Of a DNA stretch of 32,000 nt, positions 21,259 through 30,374 are shown one piece after another (within the stretch, counting starts at the first letter, position 1; every line of letters starts with the position of its first letter). The translations under genes and the position numbers were made by a program. The DNA lies in NCBI GenBank assembly GCA_018985225.1, contig JADGIF010000025.1, forward strand, positions 1 through 32,000. The letters are read 5' to 3'. The notes under the pieces were generated by a model, which was not told where the DNA came from, did not search any database, and saw only the letters and a program-made list of their open reading frames with translations. The DNA comes from Amoeboradix gromovi X-113 (taxonomy: Eukaryota > Fungi > Sanchytriomycota).

Positions 21259-21827
21259 CCCGATTGTTTTCTTGAATAAATCATTTATCGCGAATTTGTA
21301 TATATTTTTGTATCATTTCAAGACTTTTCCAGATTTTTCTAATAGCTTAAACACTCGATATTCTTCCTTTTCACAAGTGGTAAATCAGAGCTAAAGAAAT
21401 AACTAGCAGGCAGAGCATAAATTGATCAACACTGATAAGCTGGTCCAAACATGGAAGAATTAGATGTCTTTCAATGCCTAGACAGCGATATCTGTACAAT
21501 TTATTCAAGGAACGCTTGAAGTTCAAATGTAAACAAAGAGGAAAGAAGATGGTTGAATGTAATGAAGCATTTACTAGTCATACATGTACAAGGTATGGTA
21601 CTCTAAAGAAAACCAACTTAGAAACTTGCACCTGTACCAATTGTCATTTGGAGATAGATAGAGACCATATGGCTGCAAGGAACATATACATCAAGTATCT
21701 GTATCCTTATTTAATCCCGCCTCAGGGTAGTGAAAGCGTGAGCAATCACTGTAACGGAGATCTAGCATTGCTAGTTTCTCTGTGGAAATTCATGATTTTC
21801 TCGGAAATCAGGACTTTTAGGGAGGAG
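21259..21827 (+). mobile_element. non-autonomous IS607/Fanzor2 element, copy E
   Basis: Left end cag|cccgattgttttcttgaataaa; same TnpA/Fanzor deletion junction as copy B; DRDHMAARNIYIKYL; ends ttttagggaggag. Confidence 0.92.
21700..21827 (+). ncRNA. predicted Fanzor omegaRNA scaffold (representative copy; guide would be the 3' flank)
   Basis: Most conserved part of all copies, at the right end overlapping the nuclease 3' end; stems ctca..tgag with a GAAA loop, acggag-ctagc/gctag-ctctgt, gatttt/gaaatc. Confidence 0.65.
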
Positions 21828-21997
21828 AGGTAATTACACATGGAAATGTCTGCTTCATTGGTTCTGTTACTGAGACATTTACTCTCAACTGTTTTCCAAT
21901 TTGTGCATCGTACAAACTTTTACTAAAACCTGTTACTCTTTGCAAACCTGTATAGTACTTCCATTTTGCTATTCTATAATTTACACTTCGCAAATAT

Positions 21998-22120
21998 ACC
22001 GATATATTTATCAAGAAAACCATTTGGGTGTGAGTAACCATTATAATGGAGCTACTGGCATAGTGTGTTTGGCTGTGGAAATTCTCGACAACCTCCTCAA
22101 TCAGGACTTTTAACGCGGAG
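21998..22120 (+). mobile_element. diverged solo Fanzor right end, copy F
   Basis: gtgagtaaccattataatggagc..ctgtggaaattctcgacaacctcctcaatcaggacttttaacgcggag, ending 3 nt before the TRM61 ATG. Confidence 0.8.
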
Positions 22121-22123
22121 CGA

Positions 22124-22942
22124 ATGCAAAAACCCAATTTTGGTGACACAGTCATTGTAAAGTTTGGACAGGACCATAAAGAGGTTCTGTTAGAAAAAGG
22201 AAAAAAGATAATGAACAGGTTTGGGGCCTTTCCTCATGATGAAATTGTTCTTTTGCCATATGGTAGTAAATTAATGGGTAAGCAGAAGTTTGGCTATTTG
22301 TTAAAATTCTCACCTATCTTATGGTCAAAAGCATTGTCTAATAGAACTCAGATAATTTATCCTTGCGATATGTCACTGATTATCGCAAGGTTGAACATTG
22401 TTCCTGGAAGTATAGTAGTTGAAAGCGGAACAGGAAGTGGCTGTCTTTCACATGGAATTATAAACGCACTAGCGCCTCTAGGACATTTATACACTTTCGA
22501 ATATAATGAAAACAGATTTATTGAAGCCAAAAAAGAATTTGCAAATCACAAATTGAGCGATTTAGTTACTGTAACTCATCAAGATGTTTGTTTACATGGA
22601 TTTGACATAACCGACTTGGCTGACTCGGTATTCCTTGATCTCCCATCTCCTTGGGAATGCATTAGATTTGCAAAAAAAGCGCTTCGAAAAGATGCTTTAA
22701 CGCGAATCTGTATATTTTCACCTTGCATAGAACAAATTCAACAATCTTGCAAGGCTCTGTCAGAAAATGGGTTTTCAAGCATCAAGATGTTCGAATGCTT
22801 GATGTATGACCATTCTATAAGGCCTATTTCCGTCCCTGATATAGTAACGGGAGAATCATCTGAAATTACTATGGTTGGTAGATTTACAGAGCAAAAATCC
22901 CATACTAGTTTTTTATTATTTGCCGAATTAGAGCAATTTTAA
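22124..22942 (+). CDS. TRM61: tRNA m1A58 methyltransferase catalytic subunit (Gcd14)
   Basis: RTQIIYPCD, VESGTGSG, VFLDLPSPW, FSPCIEQI, HTSFLLFA. Confidence 0.95.
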   Translation: MQKPNFGDTVIVKFGQDHKEVLLEKGKKIMNRFGAFPHDEIVLLPYGSKLMGKQKFGYLLKFSPILWSKALSNRTQIIYPCDMSLIIARLNIVPGSIVVESGTGSGCLSHGIINALAPLGHLYTFEYNENRFIEAKKEFANHKLSDLVTVTHQDVCLHGFDITDLADSVFLDLPSPWECIRFAKKALRKDALTRICIFSPCIEQIQQSCKALSENGFSSIKMFECLMYDHSIRPISVPDIVTGESSEITMVGRFTEQKSHTSFLLFAELEQF

Positions 22943-23114
22943 CCAATAAATCAGTAACCATTTATTTTTCCAGTCAAGTCATTGATCATTGTTCAGTTAG
23001 TTTCCAATGACTTGAAGATTGTTTCAGCTCATATTCACATCCTCTATGTAGTCACTGTCCAGACTCCCCATTGGGAGGGACTCCTATTTCTCCTACTATA
23101 TTGATATCATCGTT

Positions 23115-23161
23115 TAACGTATTTATTATCAAAAAAACTTTTTTTGATAATAAATACGTTA
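23115..23161. repeat. perfect palindrome, 23-bp arms with a 1-nt spacer
   Basis: taacgtatttattatcaaaaaaa-c-tttttttgataataaatacgtta. Confidence 0.95.
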
Positions 23162-23578
23162 TCCTTGGAATCTTGCCCATAGCAGCTGTATCAAGATATA
23201 AAAGTACCATATCCCCAAGTAAGCAGCGATAATGTTTTAATTCAGCTTCTAAGTGAGAGGATCGCTTCTCATTTTGAAAACTCTGAGCATCTTTAAAATT
23301 GTGCTGATAACGGACATCACCATGGCAGACGCCTATTTATCATATTTTTTCGCTTTCTCGTGTATTTATTCATCATACTTCGTAATCATAACCAAACATG
23401 TTCGTTATCTTCACCGAGGATAAATTGGTCACATAGCTCAGTAACATCGCACTGGTGTAGGCATCAGTTTTTATCTGGAGTGACGTTAATGCTATTGATT
23501 GGAATCTGTTGATTGGCAAGAAATGATTGGTTCTAATTCCACCTTAAATAATAAATTCTCCTATCGTTACTAGTCCAG

Positions 23579-23848
23579 ATGTTGAAGAGAAGCGTTGCTG
23601 TTTGGAATTTGTTTGATGTGCCACTAGAAACACCTTTGCAAGTCAAGTTAGTGGTTGAAAGCAGATATGGTCCCATTAGCTTGGATGTTTCTCCACTGAT
23701 TACTTCTTGTGCTTTATACGCCCAGTTGGAAACGGTTCTTAATGGTGGAACCCTTCATTACGAAGACGGTAAGGCTGTGGATTCTTCGTACTCACATTTA
23801 TATGAGATCGGTTTAAGCAACAAAATCAACAAATTGTATGTATCATAA
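23579..23848 (+). CDS. small hypothetical protein, possibly ubiquitin-like fold
   Basis: ATG ORF of 89 aa; pattern LHYEDGKAVDSSYSHLYEIGL; AATAAA downstream. Confidence 0.45.
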   Translation: MLKRSVAVWNLFDVPLETPLQVKLVVESRYGPISLDVSPLITSCALYAQLETVLNGGTLHYEDGKAVDSSYSHLYEIGLSNKINKLYVS

Positions 23849-23915
23849 GCTAAATCTATTAAACAATAAATTTAGGTTCTTCTGACTAGAAATTGCTGCG
23901 ACTCGTGTTACATGT

Positions 23916-25720
23916 TTAGATATTTATTTGGGTATTCAGCTCTTCTCCATTTAGCGCATCATGTAGATTTTGATAAAATCGGTCTCCAACAATGGCTGCT
24001 AGCCCACTTCTGTAAATCTTTTTTTGGCAATTTCTTCTCATTTTAACAATGCTAACTAATATACGACGCTCCTTATAGCTCTTTATCACTTCGAATAGTA
24101 TTTCCACAGCTCTAAATTAGAAATGAAGTACGTGGAATCTATTTTTAACATATTACCCAAATCGAATATAACGTGGTGGATAGGTGACTGGGATGGATGG
24201 TCTGAAGGATGGTGTTGCATGTGTCCAAACCATTCTAATCTTCTAACTCTCTCCATCATTTCAGCACTATTTGCAAAGTTTAAGCTTTCATCAATTTGCA
24301 GTAACAATGCTCCGTCCACCTGCTCTACGTCATCAGGGAACTCTGTCATTTGTACATATTCATTGTGTGTGCCACTCTTTCTTCCTAGTATAGATATCTT
24401 TGGTGTCGTAGTATTTTTAACATTTAACAACAGTGCGATTACAATAGAGATAAGTGCTCCATACTCTATGCTAATAGTCAGAGTAGTTACGAATACTATC
24501 AAGCTAATAACTAGATCAGTCCATGCATGTATTTTGATAAGAAATCCAATTTTTTGTCGTTCTATAAGATTTATTGCTGCATTCATCACTACGCAAGCAG
24601 TCGTAGCGAGCGGAAGGTATCTAAATATGGGTAATAGTACCAAAGTACTAGTCAACACCAAAAATGCTACAAATACTTGGCAAAGTGGTGTTTCTACTTT
24701 GGCTTTGTGTGATATCATACTTCGTGCTAATGATCCATATACAGGCATACAACCAAAGAGACTGCCTACAAGGTTGGTTAAACCAAGTGCAACAAGTTCT
24801 CTATTTCTGCTAATTGCGTATCCTTTTACTGCAGCAAATGATTTGCTTGCCAACATAGACTCCAAAAATCCTATAACAGTTATTACACCACTTGGACCTA
24901 TTAACGTACGAATAGGTACACCGTTAATAGGTAGCTGTATCTTCAGTAGGTCCGAGTGTATCTCTATTTCACCGACAATAGCGACTCCATATGATTTGAA
25001 ATCAAAAATAAAGCTGCTGAATATGCTAACAACCACCAACGGAATAATCACAGGTATTTGCAGGTTAACGAATCTAGATAGTATGCTGTACATTATCATA
25101 AACAACAAAGAGAAGCAGCTAAGTAAAAACGTTTGAATATGAAGAGTGTAAAGACGGTTTAGTTCATGAAATAGGAGTTCCAATGGGGAGTTACAATGAA
25201 CCACTATCAATCCTAGAATAAACGGTATTTGCTCTATGCAAATTGTAACAGCCACACCGCTAATTAAACCAGCTATTATGGGTCTGCTGAAAATAGCGTC
25301 AAGAAATCCAAACCTTAAAATGCCCAAAAGAAAAGTTATCACACCACACATGAAAGCAATAGAATTTTCGTGTTTGTATTGACCTATTAAAATACAAACA
25401 ACAGCATCTAATCCTACGCTTAACGAGTGAGAGCTACCCATGATGGCATATATGAATAATGGGAAAATTGTAGATTTTAATCCAACTACAATAGGCACTT
25501 TGGCTAAAGTAACTGTGTAGCTAATGATTTGAGGAATCAGGATACACGTCAGCGTAATCGCGGCGACTAAGTCGTGACCGAACTTGGCTCTATTATATTC
25601 CTTGATCCATCCTAAGATAGGGATATAGTAGGTAGATCTACGCAATAACTGAGAGCTAGTTGACAGCAATGGGGACTGCGCATTTGAATTATCTGATAAT
25701 GGCGAAGGAAGTTCTGACAT
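23916..25720 (-). CDS. SulP/SLC26 anion transporter with STAS domain; exons 25720-24132, 24111-23916
   Basis: YYIPILGWIKEY, DLVAAIT..IPQ, NRELVALGLTN, GSLARS, LNFAN; splicing gives STAS IDST|AVEILFEV. Confidence 0.9.
24112..24131 (-). other. 20-nt spliceosomal intron
   Basis: gtacttcatttctaatttag; removal restores the STAS motif. Confidence 0.88.
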
Positions 25721-25789
25721 GGAAAAAGCAAATCCAAGAAATATCCTTGTGTATCATAAGACTACTTATGAGTGAAATCATAAACAACT

Positions 25790-26197
25790 GGGACATCAAA
25801 TATAAAAACCAGACTAACATTCTAAAATAGTTTGAATCGTTATTTCAAGTGTGTATTAACCCATAGTAAATTAAATTAATCTGACTGATTCAAGTAAATT
25901 ATTTTAGTATAAAAGCTTTCATCCATCAAAATCTTAAACAACGATTAACAAGAATAAGAGAAAACAAAAAATAAGTTATGCGAAAGGTGGTAAGAAGAAA
26001 AAGAAAATGGAGCAGATAAGACACTCAAAGACCTTATTTGAAAGAGATAGTGGGTCATCTTGTTTATTTTAAAGAGGGAAATGTCATTAATGGAAAAGAA
26101 TAGGTTTGAAAGAAGAAGGAATTTTATTAATAATAGTATTTCCTCCTTATAGAGCACCTTTAAAACGACTTAGTCTAGTTTTTATATTTGGTGTCCC
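25790..26197 (+). mobile_element. ~400-bp MITE with 28-bp TIRs
   Basis: gggacatcaaatataaaaaccagactaa ... ttagtctagtttttatatttggtgtccc; interior homologous to 29515-29890 in reverse orientation. Confidence 0.85.
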
Positions 26198-26240
26198 AAT
26201 AGTAAAGAGCACAAAATCAAAGTTACATCAAACTGTTTTA

Positions 26241-27063
26241 TTAAAAGAACCATGACAATCTGCTGGCTGGACTAAAAGTGTCTGTCGGCTTAGTGGATGG
26301 ACCTGAGTTTGATGTAGATGAGGATGAATAAGCTGTAGTACCATAGATTTCACTTGTGGCACTGGTACAGTTATTCCAGAATTTATTGGAAATACCATAG
26401 CAACTGCACAAATCATTAAAGGTTGCCTTGGTATTGTTATAAAACCACTCCAATGTAACTCCTGTAATGTTGGACTCTGCAAACTCATTGATAATAACTA
26501 CGTCTTTGGTAGCAGCGGCTAGTAAAAGCTTAATATCAGCTTCAGAAGTGGAAAAATCTTTAGGATCCAAAGACCACATTGTAGGATAGTAGTTATTGGC
26601 CAACAATATTTGATTGACTGAGTCACTAGGTACAGTATTAGTGTATGTTACAAATTTAGGAACAAGCCCAACTTTAGATAGCCAAATATCTTTCTCTGCG
26701 TTGACGACAGCCAAAATATCTGTGGTATACTTTTTGATAACATTCATACCGACGCTAAGTTAACAAGAAATACGAGTGACCATAATTGATTATCTGGTTA
26801 ACGACAGTCCAATCCGTAAATGAGTCAGTCTCAATGATGAAGGTGCCGTTTATTTTCAATTTAGTCAAGGTGTTAAGCAGGTCTGTGGTATGTGCACTAG
26901 GTCCATTATAGAATACCAATGCATTTCCACTTGCACACTGCGACTTCACTGGTGTACTTTCTACACACATTTTCACTATCGGCGCTCTTCGTTCTACTGC
27001 GTGATCAGGTGTAAAGTAAAACACCGCAGCTATTAAAACAAAAATACTCAAATAACGAAACAT
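26241..27063 (-). CDS. secreted CE4/NodB-like protein with degenerate catalytic motifs, copy 1; exons 27063-26774, 26754-26241
   Basis: Signal peptide; ALVFYNGPS..LLNTL..INGTFII; YGHS|VGMN after splicing; WSLDPKDF; S/T-rich tail. Confidence 0.75.
26755..26773 (-). other. 19-nt spliceosomal intron
   Basis: gtatttcttgttaacttag. Confidence 0.88.
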
Positions 27064-27492
27064 TTGCGACGTCTAGAATTTTTGAAATTTATTGGTTCAG
27101 TTTGAGTTTCGAACACTATACACTATAAAAGAAGAAACAATTAATGTAGTCAATAAACAAATAATCTTAGTTTTATAAACCGCTGTAAGTTTTCAAATAT
27201 GTGTATTTCGACAACAGGCATCCTATTGTCTACTTCCAGAACTGGAAAACTTGCACAAGAATCATTGACTCTGAATTTAGATATAGAGGTTCACTCTAGT
27301 TAAAGCAATTTGTTACTTAAATTGAGTGTAAAGGATCCATGTCGAATTACTTAGAGCAGACCATCAATAGTATCGTAGTAAACAATCCAAAGCAAGATCG
27401 AATAAATTTATTGAGAAAGCGCAATCATAGTAGAACTAGAACAGTACAAGAGACATGACTTCTTTTCTTGGATATAATATACACTTTATTTA

Positions 27493-28294
27493 TTAAAAAA
27501 ACCATGACAATTTGTTAGCAGGACTAAAAGTGTTAGTTGGCTTTGCCGAAGATGAGGCTGATGTTGAAGATGTAGGTTCTGGGGTACTGGCCGTGGTGCA
27601 GTTTCCCCAATATTTGTTAGAGACACTAAAGCAGCTAGACAAGTCATTAAAGGATGCCTTGGTATTATTATAAAACCACGCTAACGTCGACCCAGTTATG
27701 TTGGACTCTGCAAACTCATTGACAAGAATAACATCTTTGGTAGCAGCAGCTAACAACTTTTTAATATCAGCTTCAGAAGTGGAAAAATCTTTAGGATCCA
27801 AAGACCACATTGTAGGATAGTAGTTATTGGCCAACAATATTTGATTGACTGAGTCACTAGGTACAGTATTAGTGTATGTTACAAATTTAGGAACAAGCCC
27901 AACTTTAGATAGCCAAATATCTTTCTCTGCGTTGACGACAGCCAAAATATCTGTGGTATACTTTTTGATAACATTCATGCCGACGCTAAGTTAACAAGAA
28001 ATACGAGTGACCATAATTGATTATCTGTTTAACGACAGTCCAATCAGTTGCTGCGTTGCTTTCAATTATAAATGTTCCGGTTACTTTAAGCATTGTCAAG
28101 GTGTTAAGCAGGTCTGTGGTGTGTGTACTAGGTCCATTATAGAATACCAATGCATTTCCACTTGCACACTGCGACTTCACTGGTGTGCTTTCTACACACA
28201 CGTTCACTATCGGTGCTCTTCGTTCTACTGCATGATCAGGCGTAAAATAGAACACCGCAGCTATTAAAACAAAAACACTCAAATAACGAAACAT
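27493..28294 (-). CDS. secreted CE4/NodB-like protein with degenerate catalytic motifs, copy 2; exons 28294-28005, 27985-27493
   Basis: Tandem paralog of 26241-27063 with an identical intron. Confidence 0.75.
27986..28004 (-). other. 19-nt spliceosomal intron
   Basis: gtatttcttgttaacttag. Confidence 0.88.
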
Positions 28295-28409
28295 TTGCGA
28301 CGTCTGGGATTTTTGAAATTTTAATTAATTTTCGCAAAGGGCATCGTAAACGGAACGCAAGCGCCATTTGGTGAGACGTTTATTGAGATACGCTATTAAT
28401 TTGAAACAA

Positions 28410-29472
28410 ATGAATATCTTAATATCTTTAATTACCGCTCAATCTTGTGGACCCAACAAAGGTTCGTGTAAAAAATCAGGATGCTCTCAATGGGGGTGGT
28501 GTGGTAGCACATTAGCACATACCAGCGGGAATTGTCTTGCTCAATTCTCGGATGCTGGATTTTGTTTACCTCTAGGCCCTACTACAGTTACTTTTTCTGG
28601 CGAATCTACAGACGGCAAATGTGGCCTAACTAAAGGAAAAATGGGATGTCCAGCTGGTTCCTGTTGCTCGCAATGGGGATGGTGCGGTATTGGTACTGCT
28701 TGGTGTCAATCCAGTGCCTCAAATAACAAACCGGCTGTAACTACAACACCGCCTACAGCTGCCCCATCGCCACCGGTACCTACGACCTCTGCAAATTCCC
28801 CTAAACTGCCGCAAACAGCACCATTCACAAACTGTATAAATAACAAAGAAGTTGCCTTGACAATTGATGATGGTCCAGATAACACAATTACACCTAAAGT
28901 TATTGATTTGTTGACTAGCAAAGGCATTCCAGCCACATTCTTTCAAATTGGTGTTAACATTCAGGGCCAACCAACTGGTGTGGCTGCTATCAAAGCAGCA
29001 CTTGCTGCTAGGCCAGATCTCTTTAATGTTGCAAGTCACACGTGGTCTCATTTAGATTCCATCCTAGCAACGACAGATGTTACAGGTGAAGCGCAGAAGG
29101 TCAACGATATCATGAAAAGCACTTACGGTATAAAGCCTAGGTTTTTTAGACCACCTTTTGGAGATTGGAATTCACCTGCTTTGAAGATCTGGAACGACAT
29201 GGGCATGTATGCTATTTCCTGGTCAGTTGGTATTTATGATTTATGTAGACTCAAATGACTGGCAATACTCGCCTGATAAAGTTAAAGTTATGGCTAGTGT
29301 CAATAAGGACTTTGCAGTTGATCAGGACATTGGACACATCATTTTATGCCATGATTTGTACACAGTTTGCACAATTGAATTACTACCTCAAATAGTAGAT
29401 TTATTCCAAGGAAAAGGATACAAATTTGTAACATTACAACAATGCTTAGGTGGAGTAACTCCGTATCAATAA
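28410..29472 (+). CDS. chitin deacetylase (2x CBM18/hevein, Pro/Thr linker, CE4); exons 28410-29229, 29249-29472
   Basis: CSQWGWCG twice; intact CE4 motifs TIDDGP, HTWSH, RPPFG, SV|DSNDW (after splicing), LCHD. Confidence 0.9.
29230..29248 (+). other. 19-nt spliceosomal intron
   Basis: gtatttatgatttatgtag; removal restores DSNDW. Confidence 0.85.
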
Positions 29473-29514
29473 ACTCTCCTTTGTAAAATTGTATTTTTCA
29501 CCACATTTATAGAT

Positions 29515-29890
29515 AGGATACCAAATGTAAAAACTAGACCAAGTCGTCTTTAAAGAAGGTGCTCCATAAGGAGGAAACACTATTATTAATAAAGGATCTT
29601 CTTTCATTAATGTAGTTCCTCTCTTTAAAATAAAACAAGATGACCCACTATATCTTTCGAATAAGGTCTTTGAGTGTCTTGTCTGTTCCTTTTTCTTTTT
29701 GATAACTTATTTTTGTTTCTCTTCTTCTTGTTAATCATTGTTTCTAAGATTTTAATGGATGGAAGCTTTTACACTAAAATAGTTTACTTGAACCAATCAG
29801 ATTAGTTTAGTTTACTAACAGTTAACACACACTTGAAATAATGATTAAACCATTTCAGAAAGTTAGTCTAGTTTTTATATTTGATGTCCC
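29515..29890 (-). mobile_element. second copy of the TIR MITE, inverted
   Basis: aggataccaaatgtaaaaactagaccaa ... ttagtctagtttttatatttgatgtccc; flanked by agat on both sides. Confidence 0.85.
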
Positions 29891-30240
29891 AGATGTTAAC
29901 GTAATACTTAAACAAATCAGCTCAGTAAATGTGGTTATTAGAGACGCTACTTAAGATGAAAATCGGACAGTATGAAGTTCTAATGCTGCAAAAGTAATCT
30001 TGCGATCGCATTGTAAAATTTCGCTGATAATAGTAATCTAGTCAAAAGATTGCTTTCTACAATTCTACCAAGCAATTTATTTATACCTAAATAATCTGTA
30101 CGATACGAATGCGTCTATTTTTAGAAATAGAACTGAATTAGCATCAATTGTTCTTATGAAGATAACCAAACACACAATAAATGTGAGTAAACAATCTTCA
30201 TGTTAGATGGGGAATCTCCGTAAATGATGATTTATAGCAC

Positions 30241-30290
30241 TTTATTAAGTCCTAGATTTCTGGAAAAACGAGAATTGCCACAAAATGCTA
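30241..30290 (-). mobile_element. degenerate Fanzor right-end fragment, copy J
   Basis: Reverse complement reads tagcattttgtggcaattctcgtttttccagaaatctaggacttaataaa. Confidence 0.55.
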
Positions 30291-30374
30291 CGAAGCCTGA
30301 AATAGCTATGGAAATTTTCGCCAACGCTGATGAAAATGCGGCTTTCATTTGAGTTTTAAAAATTAAAAATTTAT

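Noticed and set aside
21830-21990. Minus-strand peptide IAKWKYYTGLQRV..VSVTEPMKQTFPC as a second TnpB-like fragment
   Set aside because: The resemblance is only vague, with no zinc finger or DRD motif; it needs a profile search.
22105-22120. Element end TTTTAAYGMGGAG as a branch point plus 3' splice site (introner-like)
   Set aside because: Spacing from TAAY to AG differs from the strict YTAAYTTAG of native introns, left ends do not start with GT, and no copy interrupts a CDS. It is not fully excluded without RNA data.
2981-22120. CRISPR array interpretation of the recurring repeats
   Set aside because: The copies are dispersed, long, variable and on both strands, with no regular repeat-spacer period.
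24123-25136. 337-aa plus-strand ORF and similar shadow ORFs (5576, 14097, 15808, 16855, 28706, 30474, 31147)
   Set aside because: They are antisense to well-supported genes and contain no motifs.
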